From: an uncultured Chloroflexia bacterium
Lineage (GTDB): Bacteria; Chloroflexota; Limnocylindria; QHBO01
Length of the DNA: 64,000 bases
Reading direction: 5' to 3'
NCBI GenBank assembly: GCA_963810925.1
Contig: CAWEPF010000010.1
Span: forward strand, 47,407-111,406
Shown here: positions 28,121 to 36,808 of the stretch, in pieces
Layout: the number at the start of each line of letters is the position of its first letter
How positions within the stretch are numbered: position 1 is the first letter of the stretch
Program-made: the position numbers and the translations under genes
Notes under the pieces: model-generated
Databases searched by the model: none
Seen by the model: only the letters and a program-made list of their open reading frames with translations
Told to the model about the DNA's origin: nothing

Positions 28121-29634
28121 ATGGCACTCACCCGAAAGCCGGACGCCAAGCCCGCGAACGCTTCGTGGGGGATGGCCGCCCGCGACATTCCGTGGGAGTA
28201 CGCCGCCGCGCCCGAGTCCACGGACCACATCCGGATCGAGCGCGAGTACGGGCTGTTCATCGACAACCAATTCACGCCGGCGCGCCCGAAGGCGACCTTC
28301 GATGTGATCAACCCCGCGACCGAGGACGTGCTGTCGAAGGTAGCGCGCGCCAGCAAGGCGGACGTCAATCGGGCGGTCGGAGCCGCGCGCCGTGCGCACG
28401 ACACGGTCTGGTCACGGATGCCGGGCAGCGAGCGCGCGAAGTACCTCTATCGCATCGCGCGGATCATGCAGGAGCGCTCGCGCGAGTTCGCGGTCGTCGA
28501 GACGATGAACAGCGGGAAGCCGATCAAGGAAAGCCGCGACGTCGACGTGCCACTCGCAGCGGCCCACTTCTTCTATTACGCGGGTTGGGCCGACAAGCTC
28601 GAGTACGCCTTCCCGAACCGGCGCCCCGCCTCCTTGGGCGTGGCCGCGCAGATCATTCCGTGGAACTTCCCGCTCCTGATGCTGGCCTGGAAGATCGCGC
28701 CGGCCCTGGCCTGCGGCAACACGGTGATCCTCAAGCCAGCATCCACCACGCCCCTTACCGCCTACTTATTCGCTGATGTCGTCCGCCAGGCGGAGCTGCC
28801 GCCCGGGGTCGTGAACATCATCACCGGGCCCGGTGAGATCGGTATGGAGCTCGTCCGCCATCCGCAGGTCGACAAGGTGGCGTTCACCGGCTCCACGGCG
28901 GTGGGCAAGCTCATCGCCCGGGCGGTGGCGGGCACCCACAAGAAGGTCACCCTGGAGCTGGGCGGGAAGGCCGCGAACATCGTCTTCGACGACGCGCCAC
29001 TGGACCAGGCCATCGAGGGCATCATCAATGGCATCTACTTCAACCAGGGCGAGGTGTGCTGCGCCGGGTCGCGCCTGTTCGTCCAGGAATCGGTCTATGA
29101 GCCGCTCCTCGACAAGCTGAAGGACCGCCTATCCACGCTCCGGGTGGGCGACCCGCTCGACAAGAACACCGATGTCGGTGCCATCAACTCCGCCGGGCAG
29201 CTGGCCAAGATCGCGGAGCTCGTCGAATCGGGGATCGCGGAAGGGCGCCGAGATCTTCCAGCCCGACTGCGTCCTCCCGGACAAGGGCTTCTTCTTCCGG
29301 CCCACCCTGTTCACGGGCGTGAGCCAGAGCCATCGGATCGCCCAGGAGGAGATTTTCGGGCCCGGTTCTCTCCGTCCTCACCTTCCGGACGCCCGAGGAG
29401 GCCGTCGAGAAGGCGAACAACACCCCGTATGGCCTGTCCGCCGGGGTCTGGACCGAGAAGGGCAGCCGCATCTTCAAGATGGTCGGGGCCATGAAGGCCG
29501 GTGTGGTGTGGGCCAACACGTTCAACCGATTCGACCCCACCTCCCCGTTCGGCGGCTACAAGGAGTCCGGTTACGGCCGCGAGGGCGGGCTCCACGGATT
29601 GGCCGCCTATACCCGCCTGAACGGGGCGAACTGA
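28121..29634 (+). pseudogene. NAD(P)-dependent aldehyde dehydrogenase interrupted by two +1 frame changes
   Basis: PWNFP, GSTAVG, ELGGK and the catalytic VCCAGSR lie in the first frame. AEIFQPDCVLPDKGFFFRPTLF...EEIFGP lies in the second. VLSVLTFRTPEEAVEKANNTPYGLSAGVW...GGYKESGYGRE lies in the third. The shifts are at 29243-29245 and 29364-29365. Confidence 0.85.
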
Positions 29635-29637
29635 CCG

Positions 29638-30639
29638 ATGGCGGTTCCGCGTCGCTCCACCGCTCGCCGCCTCACCACGACGCGGGCGCGCGCCCGAGCA
29701 TCGGTCCTGGACACGCGTTCCCCGGCGCCCCTCGCCCTGCGGGACGGCGCGAGTACGGCGGGGGAGCGGGTGGGGGTGCGGAAGACGTACAAGCTGTTCA
29801 TCGGCGGGGCGTTCCCGCGCACCGAGTCGGGGCGCGCGTACGTCGTGCGCGATGCGCAGGGCGCGATGCTGGCCAATGCCTGCCGCGGCACCCGCAAGGA
29901 CATCCGGGACGCGGTTCGCGCGGCGCGCAAGGTCCAGCCCGAGTGGGCGGACAAGACGGCCGCGAACCGCAGCCAGATCCTCTATCGGATCGCCGAGCTC
30001 ATGGAAGGGCGCCGCGACCAGTTCGTGTCCGAGGTCCGCGCGGCCGAAGGGGTGGGCCTCCAGCGTGCGCGCCGGCTGGTGGATGCCGCGATCGACCGAT
30101 GGGTCTGGTACGCGGGCTGGGCCGACAAATTCCCGCAGATCCTCGGCAACGTGAACCCCGTCGGCGGGGCGTACTTCAACTTTTCCATCCCCGAGCCCAC
30201 CGGGGTGGTGGGGATCGTGGCTGCCGAGGACTCGTCGTTGCTCGGGCTCGTGAGCCGCCTGGCGCCGGTCATCGTGTCGGGGAACGCAGCGGTCGTCCTG
30301 GCCAGTGAGTCTCGCCCGCTGCCGGCCATCACCCTTGCCGAGGTCGTGGCCACCTCCGACGTTCCGGGCGGCGTGGTGAACGTGATCACCGGCCTCCGGC
30401 GCGAGCTCGTGCCGCACCTCGCGTCCCACATGGACGTCAACGCCCTGGACGGATTCGGGCTGGACCCCGCCACGGTCGCCGCGGTCGAGGAAGCGGCCAC
30501 CGAGAACGTGAAACGCTTCTCGCGGCCGCCGAACGGAGGCCTGAACGGCTACGACTGGCTGTCGGCCGACGCGCAGTCGCCGTACCTCATCGGTGAGTTC
30601 GTCGAGATCAAGACGGTCTGGCACCCCATCGGCGTCTAA
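29638..30639 (+). CDS. ALDH-family paralog lacking the catalytic domain (true start may be an internal GTG near VGVRKTYKLFIGG)
   Basis: It aligns to ALDH from KLFIGG through VVNVITG and ends with EIKTVWHP. No PWNFP, no GSTxxG and no catalytic Cys segment are present. Confidence 0.7.
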   Translation: MAVPRRSTARRLTTTRARARASVLDTRSPAPLALRDGASTAGERVGVRKTYKLFIGGAFPRTESGRAYVVRDAQGAMLANACRGTRKDIRDAVRAARKVQPEWADKTAANRSQILYRIAELMEGRRDQFVSEVRAAEGVGLQRARRLVDAAIDRWVWYAGWADKFPQILGNVNPVGGAYFNFSIPEPTGVVGIVAAEDSSLLGLVSRLAPVIVSGNAAVVLASESRPLPAITLAEVVATSDVPGGVVNVITGLRRELVPHLASHMDVNALDGFGLDPATVAAVEEAATENVKRFSRPPNGGLNGYDWLSADAQSPYLIGEFVEIKTVWHPIGV

Positions 30640-30670
30640 GGACGCCGGGCGCGTCTCTGAGCGCCGCCGG

Positions 30671-32026
30671 CTAGAGGCTCAGCACCAGTCGGGCGATCTC
30701 GAAGTAGATGATCAGCCCCGTCCCGTCCACGAGGGTCGTGATGAGCGGAGCCGAAACGACGGCAGGGTCCACCCGCAGCCGCCGCAGGAGCAGGGGCAGG
30801 GCCGCGGCGACTGTCGCGGACCAGACGCTGATCGCGACCACCGTCAGTGCGACGACGAGGCCGATGTCGGGACCCACGTCCAGCAGATAGGCACGGATGA
30901 ATGCAGCAACGGCCATGACCGCGCCTAACGCCAGTCCGACGCGCATCTCCTTGAACACGATCCACCCGATGTCGCGCATGGCAAGTTCATTGACGGCCAT
31001 GGCGCGCACGATCAGGGTCACGGTCTGGCTGCCGATATTCCCGCCAGTACCAATGAGGAGCGGGATGAAGAAGCTCAGCGCAACGACGGTGGCCAGCTCC
31101 CCTTGGAAGTTGCGGAGCACCGTCCCGGTGTACGCCTCCGCGACGAAGAGCAGCAGGATCCAGAACACGCGTTTTCGGAAGAGGAGCCCCACGCTCGCCA
31201 GCCGATAGGGCAGGTTCAACGGCTGCGAACCACCAAGTCGCTCGATGTCCTCGGTGGCCTCCGCCTGCAGCACGTCCGCCACGTCGTCCTCGGTGATGAT
31301 CCCCAGCAGGTGGTCCTGGTCGTCGACGACCGGGATGGCCAGCAGGTTGCGGTCGGTCAGGAGACGTGCGGCCGCCTCCTGGTCCGCACTGGCGCGCACG
31401 CGCACCGTGTCGGGCGCCATGAGCTCGTGGACCGGCGTCTCGCCCGGGCTCAGCAGGAGTCGATAGAGGGACAGGACGCCGAGCAGATGACGGTCGCCGT
31501 CCACCACGTACACGTAGTTCACGGTCTCCGCCTCGTCGACCAGGCGCCGGATGGCGGCCAGGGCCTGGTCCGACGTCACGTCCGCCCCCACGGCCACGAA
31601 CGCGGGGGTCATGAGGCCACCAGCCGAGTCCGGCTCGTACGCCGCCAGTTCGCGGATCTCGGCGGCGTCTTCGGCCCGCATCCGGACCAGGATCTCGTCG
31701 GCCGTCGAGTCGGGCAGGTTCTCGAGGATGTCCGCCGCATCGTCGGGGTCCATCTCCTCGAGCAGCTCGGCCGCCTCGGGCTGAGACAGGGTGCGCAGGA
31801 TGCGGGCCGCCTCGGCTGGCGACAGCTCTTCGAGGAGCGCGGGGACTTCCTCGTCGGGAAGCCACTGGATCAGGACCGCGACCTCGGCCGGCTCCAGCTC
31901 GGGGACCAGGTCAGCCCATTCGGAGGGACCGATCCGCTCGGCAAGGCCCCGCACGCCTTCCTGCTCGCGCTCGCGAATGAGCGCCTGGACTTCGGCGAGC
32001 AGCTCGCCGGTCTCGACTTCGCTCAT
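30671..32026 (-). CDS. mgtE: magnesium transporter MgtE
   Basis: 451 aa with an MgtE N-domain, a CBS pair and a C-terminal TM domain (GTGGNIGSQ). RBS is AAGGAGGTG. Confidence 0.92.
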   Translation of the reverse strand: MSEVETGELLAEVQALIREREQEGVRGLAERIGPSEWADLVPELEPAEVAVLIQWLPDEEVPALLEELSPAEAARILRTLSQPEAAELLEEMDPDDAADILENLPDSTADEILVRMRAEDAAEIRELAAYEPDSAGGLMTPAFVAVGADVTSDQALAAIRRLVDEAETVNYVYVVDGDRHLLGVLSLYRLLLSPGETPVHELMAPDTVRVRASADQEAAARLLTDRNLLAIPVVDDQDHLLGIITEDDVADVLQAEATEDIERLGGSQPLNLPYRLASVGLLFRKRVFWILLLFVAEAYTGTVLRNFQGELATVVALSFFIPLLIGTGGNIGSQTVTLIVRAMAVNELAMRDIGWIVFKEMRVGLALGAVMAVAAFIRAYLLDVGPDIGLVVALTVVAISVWSATVAAALPLLLRRLRVDPAVVSAPLITTLVDGTGLIIYFEIARLVLSL

Positions 32027-32039
32027 CGGGCCACCTCCT

Positions 32040-32250
32040 TGGGCGCCGCCTCGACGGGCATGAAAAAACCACCTCGTCGCGCGGCACCGTGAAATTCCTT
32101 GCGCGTCGGGTGGTCGTCAGTCGCCGGGCCCCGCAGGAGGAATCCTCGCTAGGCGGTCACCTCGGCGCCGAGCGACCGGCGCGCGAAACGGGTACTACAA
32201 CCAGCGTCCACTGGGTCGATGGAGCCTCGTATGCGGAAAAGCGCCTGATT
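32040..32250 (-). promoter_or_regulatory. M-box (ykoK-type Mg2+) riboswitch candidate
   Basis: 224-nt leader of mgtE. It contains GAGGCUCC, ACGCUGG...CCC and GAGGUGACC segments that resemble M-box core elements, plus the terminator above. Confidence 0.55.
32063..32113 (-). terminator. intrinsic terminator inside the mgtE leader
   Basis: On the minus strand: CCACCCGACGCGC...GCGCGACGAGGTGG followed by TTTTTT, ending about 37 nt before the mgtE ATG. Confidence 0.7.
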
Positions 32251-32922
32251 CTAGTGCGCGACGGCTCCCGCGGGAAGGGTCCCGGTGGTCCTGGGAGCCG
32301 GACCGACCACCTCGCCCCGGTGCCGCTCTCGGTGCCGCGCCACCTTGGCCCGGTTGCCGCAGGTCCGCATCGTGCACCACCGCCGCCGCCCGGTGGGGGA
32401 GCGGTCGATGAAGATCTCGCGGCAGCCGTCGTTGGCGCAGATGCGCAGCCGATGGAGGTCCCGCCCGGCGAGGTACTCGGCAAACGTGCCGGCCACCAGC
32501 GCGCGGCCCTGGTCCAGCCGGTCGCCCACCCGGGCGAGCGCGTACTGGTTGCCTTCGGTGTTCATCTCGAGCTGGTGGTAGTGCAGGCCGCGGCGGAGGA
32601 TGTGATTGAGGTCGCGCACCTGTCCGCGCTGCAGCTCGCCGCTCGTGGTCAGCTCGACGGCAATGGCCCGAATCAGGTCCCGCAGGGCGCGATAGTCATC
32701 GAGGCGTCGGCTTGCGTCCTGCGGGTCGTCGCGGAGCTGAGCGCGCTCGGCACTCGCGGCGCGATCGGACAGCAGCCGCTCCTGGCGGAGCCAGGCCACC
32801 AGTGCGTCCCCCTGGGCGATGTGATCGGTCGCCCGCCCACGGGTGAAGGTCTCGGTGTTGACGAATCGGACCCACAGGTCGGTGGACGGTGGCTCGGGGA
32901 GGACGTCTCTCGGGTGACTCAT
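32251..32922 (-). CDS. CGNR zinc-finger (ABATE domain) putative regulator
   Basis: The C-terminal region reads CANDGCREIFIDRSPTGRRRWCTMRTCGNRAKV. A perfect TATAAT (plus-strand 32934-32939) lies 11 nt upstream of the ATG. Confidence 0.85.
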   Translation of the reverse strand: MSHPRDVLPEPPSTDLWVRFVNTETFTRGRATDHIAQGDALVAWLRQERLLSDRAASAERAQLRDDPQDASRRLDDYRALRDLIRAIAVELTTSGELQRGQVRDLNHILRRGLHYHQLEMNTEGNQYALARVGDRLDQGRALVAGTFAEYLAGRDLHRLRICANDGCREIFIDRSPTGRRRWCTMRTCGNRAKVARHRERHRGEVVGPAPRTTGTLPAGAVAH

Positions 32923-32945
32923 GTGTCGTAACCATTATAGGTAGG

Positions 32946-32974
32946 TTGACAAGTTACTGACACCACTCTATCAT
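32946..32974 (+). promoter_or_regulatory. sigma-70-like promoter: TTGACA, 17-nt spacer, TATCAT
   Basis: TTGACA at 32946-32951 and TATCAT at 32969-32974, in the most AT-rich stretch of the window. Confidence 0.55.
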
Positions 32975-33066
32975 TCGTAACCAGTAAAGTCATCAGCAAT
33001 AGTTACCGATGCAAGCTGGAGATCGCCAGTCAGGGAGCACTCGGTTTTGGACAAGGAGGAAACAGG

Positions 33067-33228
33067 ATGAGCCGCGGACTGACCTACATGGCCTTGATCG
33101 CGTCCATCCGGCAGCGCGAGCTGCTCGAGGAGGCACACCGGGAGCGGTACATCACCGAAGTCCCACGTCGCCGCCGAAGCCGAATGTTCGGCCTGAGCTT
33201 GCCGCGCGCACTGCGCCGGACGCGATAG
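33067..33228 (+). CDS. small ORF (53 aa): MSRGLTYMALIASIRQRELLEEAHRERYITEVPRRRRSRMFGLSLPRALRRTR
   Basis: Not in the ORF track (under 60 aa). It has a strong RBS (AAGGAGGAAACAGG then ATG), a promoter upstream and a hairpin terminator downstream. Confidence 0.4.
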   Translation: MSRGLTYMALIASIRQRELLEEAHRERYITEVPRRRRSRMFGLSLPRALRRTR

Positions 33229-33254
33229 AGCCAACCACAACCAACCAATTTCGA

Positions 33255-33290
33255 AGCCGGGCCGACGGGCCCGGTTTCGTGCTTCTTTGG
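33255..33290 (+). terminator. intrinsic terminator-like hairpin
   Basis: CCGGGCC GACG GGCCCGG followed by TTTCGTGCTTCTTT. Confidence 0.55.
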
Positions 33291-33315
33291 GCAATTCGGC
33301 TGCGGTTCGTAGAAT
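33287..33315 (+). promoter_or_regulatory. promoter TTGGGC, 17-nt spacer, TAGAAT, for a leaderless polX transcript
   Basis: The -10 element ends 6 nt before the polX ATG at 33322. Confidence 0.45.
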
Positions 33316-33321
33316 GCGCCG

Positions 33322-35070
33322 ATGCCACGACCCCGCCCCGTCACCCGTTCCGCGCACGGCGGGTTGAGCAATGCCGAGCTGGCGGCAACGTTCCGGGAGG
33401 TGGGTGACCTCCTCGACCTGCTCGACGAGGTTCCGTACAAGGCAGTCGCCTACCGACGCGTGGCCGACGCCATCGAGCGCTACCCGGTGGACCTGACCCC
33501 GCTCGTGGTGGAGGGCCACACCCCGAAGATCCCTGGCGTAGGCCCGGCCATTGGTGCGCGGCTCACGGAGCTGGCCACGACCGGGAAGCTGGAGTACCAC
33601 CAGCGCCTTCGCGAACAGATCCCGCCCGGCCTCCTGGACGTGCTGCGGATCAGCGGCGTGGGGCCGCGCACCGCGCGCCAGCTCCACGTGGAGCTGGGCA
33701 TCACGTCCATCGACGAGCTGCGCGCCGCCGCGGAGACCGGGCGCGTCCGCCAGGTGAGCGGCATGTCGGCGCGGACCGAGCAGAACATCCTGGCCGGGAT
33801 CGGGCGCCTGGACCAGCAGTCCGGCCGGCTCCTGCTCCACGACGCCGACCGGCTGGCGGGAGAGCTTTTGGCCGGCCTGGGGCGGGTGCCGGGCATCCAC
33901 CAGATTGCGAGTGCCGGGTCGCTGCGGCGGCGCCGGGCCACGATCGGCGACCTCGACATCCTGGCCGCCTGCGACGACCCCGCCGAGCTCATTCGGGCGT
34001 TCGAGCAGCTGCCGGACGTCGAGCGCGTGCTCAACGCGGGGACCGACAAGGCCAGCGTGGTCCTGCGAGCCGACGGGGACCGCCAGGTTGACCTCATGCT
34101 GTGCCGTCCCGAGGCGTGGGGCTCGCATCTCGTCCACTTCACCGGCAGCAAGGAGCACAACGTCGAGCTGCGCGCCCGGGCGCAGGACCGGGGGCTATCC
34201 CTGAGCGAGAAGGGGTTCAAGGACGTGGAGACCGGGGAGCTGCTCCTGGCCGCGACCGAGGAGGACGTGTACGCCCGTCTCGACATGGCGTGGGTGCCGC
34301 CCGAGCTGCGCGAGGGCGAAGGAGAGGTGGCCGCGGCGGCCGCCGGCAAGCTCCCGCGCCTGGTCGAGCGGAGCGACATCCGCGGCGACACGCACACCCA
34401 TTCCAACTGGACCGATGGCGTGGACGACATCGAAACCATGGCGGGAGCGGCGCGGGCATCCGGCCTGGAGTACATGGTCCTGACCGATCACTCGCCATCC
34501 CTCGGCGTGGCGCGCGGGCTGTCCCCGGAACGGGTGGCCGAGCAACGGGCCGAGATCGACCGCCTCAACGGGGAGTTGAGCCCATTCCGCATCCTGCACG
34601 GCACCGAGATGGAGATCCTGGCCGACGCGACCCTGGACTACCCCGACGAGATCCTGGCCACGTTCGACGTGGTCGTGGCCAGCATCCACGCCGCGCGCAG
34701 CCAGCCGGTGGATCAGCTCACGAAGCGCGCGCTGGCGGCCATCGAGAACCCACACGTGGACATCATTGCCCACCCCACCGGGCGGATCGTGAATCGGCGC
34801 GAGCCGGTCTCGTTCCACTGGCCCGAGCTGTTCGAGGCTGCCGCGCGGACGGGCACCATGCTCGAGATCAACGGCAGTCCGCGCCTCGACCTGGACGAGC
34901 GGCTGGCGCGGGACGCGGCTGTTGCCGGCGTGCGGCTCACGCTCTCGAGCGACGCGCACCGGACCGAGGAGCTGGGCTACCTCGACTACGCGGTGGGCGT
35001 GGCCCGTCGGGCGGGTCTCACGGCCGAGCAGGTGGCCACCACCCGCGGTGCCGGGGAGCTGCTCCGATGA
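33322..35070 (+). CDS. polX: family X DNA polymerase with C-terminal PHP (3'-5' exonuclease/phosphoesterase) domain
   Basis: 582 aa. HhH motifs (IPGVGPAIG, ISGVGPRTA), GSLRRRRATIGDLDIL and the PHP motif GDTHTHSNWTDG are present. Confidence 0.9.
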   Translation: MPRPRPVTRSAHGGLSNAELAATFREVGDLLDLLDEVPYKAVAYRRVADAIERYPVDLTPLVVEGHTPKIPGVGPAIGARLTELATTGKLEYHQRLREQIPPGLLDVLRISGVGPRTARQLHVELGITSIDELRAAAETGRVRQVSGMSARTEQNILAGIGRLDQQSGRLLLHDADRLAGELLAGLGRVPGIHQIASAGSLRRRRATIGDLDILAACDDPAELIRAFEQLPDVERVLNAGTDKASVVLRADGDRQVDLMLCRPEAWGSHLVHFTGSKEHNVELRARAQDRGLSLSEKGFKDVETGELLLAATEEDVYARLDMAWVPPELREGEGEVAAAAAGKLPRLVERSDIRGDTHTHSNWTDGVDDIETMAGAARASGLEYMVLTDHSPSLGVARGLSPERVAEQRAEIDRLNGELSPFRILHGTEMEILADATLDYPDEILATFDVVVASIHAARSQPVDQLTKRALAAIENPHVDIIAHPTGRIVNRREPVSFHWPELFEAAARTGTMLEINGSPRLDLDERLARDAAVAGVRLTLSSDAHRTEELGYLDYAVGVARRAGLTAEQVATTRGAGELLR

Positions 35071-35855
35071 GCGCGGTGGCGGACAGCCGCCGGCTGCTTC
35101 GCGCGGGACGCGTCCGGGGCGCGCGGACCGTGAAACGGGCCGGACCTTTCGTCCTGCCCCTCATCCTCGCCGCGCTCGTGGCCGCGGGTTGGGTGGTCGA
35201 CATGGTCGCCCTGGCCGGCGTGCTGGCCCTCGAGCTGGCCGTGGCCGGGATGGGCATGGCTGCGCTGCTGGGCGCAGCCCGCCCGTCGGTGGGATACGCG
35301 CGCTACGCGATCCTCGCCGTGGCCGCGGTGTCGATCACCCTGGCCGGGCGGCTCCTGCCGCCCGGCATCGGTCCATTGGCCGCTCCCGTGGCCTGGGCCT
35401 TCCTGTGGTGGACCCTGTACACCGAGCGGATGGGGCCGACGGCCCCCACGAATCGGCTCTCGCTCGACTTGCTGCTGGTTTTCACCGTCTTCTGCGCCGC
35501 GGTCGGCCTGGCGGGAGTGATTCCGTCGGAGCTGTGGCTGCTCCAGCTCGTCCTGCTGGCCATGTTGGTCGCGGTGCCCTGTCTGCGCGCCGCGGAGGCC
35601 CGGGGAGCCGTTGGCGTCCCGGCGGTGGGGCACGGGGCGCTCCACCTGCTGGTCGTGCTCCAGGTGGCGACCGCCCTGATCCTGCTCAACCTGCCCCAAC
35701 CTGTGGGTCCCGCACTGATCGCGCTGACCTTCCACGCCTGGAGCGGCGCGGCCGACGCACTGGAGTCCGGCGTGCCGAGTCGCGCCGTAGCCCTGGAGTA
35801 CGGCTCGCTGGCCGTTATCGGCGCATTCGTGGCTCTCTTCCTGAGTCGGAGCTGA
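35067..35855 (+). CDS. polytopic membrane protein, hypothetical
   Basis: The ATG at 35067 overlaps the polX stop (ATGA). About 7 hydrophobic segments. Only the last 262 aa of ORF 34101..35855 look coding. Confidence 0.6.
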   Translation: MSAVADSRRLLRAGRVRGARTVKRAGPFVLPLILAALVAAGWVVDMVALAGVLALELAVAGMGMAALLGAARPSVGYARYAILAVAAVSITLAGRLLPPGIGPLAAPVAWAFLWWTLYTERMGPTAPTNRLSLDLLLVFTVFCAAVGLAGVIPSELWLLQLVLLAMLVAVPCLRAAEARGAVGVPAVGHGALHLLVVLQVATALILLNLPQPVGPALIALTFHAWSGAADALESGVPSRAVALEYGSLAVIGAFVALFLSRS

Positions 35856-35862
35856 AATCGCG

Positions 35863-35891
35863 TTGACACTCCGGGGGGCCGATGGTAGAAA
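35863..35891 (+). promoter_or_regulatory. candidate promoter TTGACA, 17-nt spacer, TAGAAA
   Basis: Lies in the 120-bp gap before the TPR gene. Confidence 0.35.
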
Positions 35892-35975
35892 GTGTCGCCC
35901 TCCGACGGTTCCGCTGGTCGACGCGGCGCCGTTTCGCCTATTTGATGCATTTTTTCCGGGGAGAGTCGCTCGCCC

Positions 35976-36803
35976 ATGACCGCCGGGGATCCTGACCTCA
36001 CCATCCGCCAACGGCGCCAGCTCGCGGAGATCGCGATTGCTCAGGCTGCCCGCGGGGAGTGGGAGGAATCGGTCGATACCAACCGCCAGATCGTGGAGCT
36101 GGGCGGTGACGTGGACGCGTACAACCGGCTGGGCAAGGCCCTGGCCGAGCTCGACCGCCTGCCCGAGGCGCTGGAGGCCTACCAGTCCGCCCTCGAACGG
36201 GAGCGCACGAACCGGATTGCAGAGCGGAACGTGGAGCGGCTCGAGGCCCTCATCGCGGCCGAGGGCACGACCCGCGGCGACCGGCATGCGGCCCGTGCTC
36301 CCGCGGCCCTGTTCATCGAGGAGATGGGCAAGACCGGCAGCGCTCGACTGATCAACCTCGCGCCGGCCAAGCAGCTGGCGCCGCTCTCCGCGGGGGATGC
36401 GATCGAGCTCCACGCGGCCGATGGCGAGCTGGAGGCCAAGGTCCGCGGGATCAAGGTGGGCCAGGTGGAGCCGCGGGTCGCGAATCGGCTGCTGGAACTC
36501 ATGTCCAAGGGGAATCGGTACGAGGCGGCCCTGACCACGGTCACCAACGACGATCTGCGACTCATCATCCGCGAGGTCTTCGCGGACCCCGCGAACTTTG
36601 GAAAGGTGTCCTTCCCGGGTGCCGCCGCGGGCCGGAGCACTGACGTCCGACCGTACATGAAGGGCAGTGCCCTCCGGTACGATGACGACGACGAGTCGGA
36701 GGAGTCCGAAGAAGAGCCGGAAGAGGTCGAGGAGCTCGACACCAGCCTTCCGGAGCTCTCGAGCGAGCCCGATGAAGAAGAGGAACTGCTCGAAGAGACG
36801 TAG
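35976..36803 (+). CDS. TPR-like protein with a central beta-rich domain and a strongly acidic C-terminal tail
   Basis: 275 aa. N-terminal TPR-like helices (AYNRLGKALAELDRLPEALEAYQSAL). The tail reads DDDDESEESEEEPEEVEELDTSLPELSSEPDEEEELLEET. Confidence 0.7.
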   Translation: MTAGDPDLTIRQRRQLAEIAIAQAARGEWEESVDTNRQIVELGGDVDAYNRLGKALAELDRLPEALEAYQSALERERTNRIAERNVERLEALIAAEGTTRGDRHAARAPAALFIEEMGKTGSARLINLAPAKQLAPLSAGDAIELHAADGELEAKVRGIKVGQVEPRVANRLLELMSKGNRYEAALTTVTNDDLRLIIREVFADPANFGKVSFPGAAAGRSTDVRPYMKGSALRYDDDDESEESEEEPEEVEELDTSLPELSSEPDEEEELLEET

Positions 36804-36808
36804 CCGCG

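Noticed and set aside
30640-30670. Short hairpin GACGC-CGG-GCGTC between convergent ALDH-like and mgtE genes, considered as a terminator
   Set aside because: The stem is only 5 bp with no U-tract on either strand. That is too weak to call.
34101-35855. 584-aa ORF overlapping polX
   Set aside because: The first roughly 320 aa are an Arg/Gly-rich alternate frame of polX. Only the part from ATG 35067 is hydrophobic and plausible.
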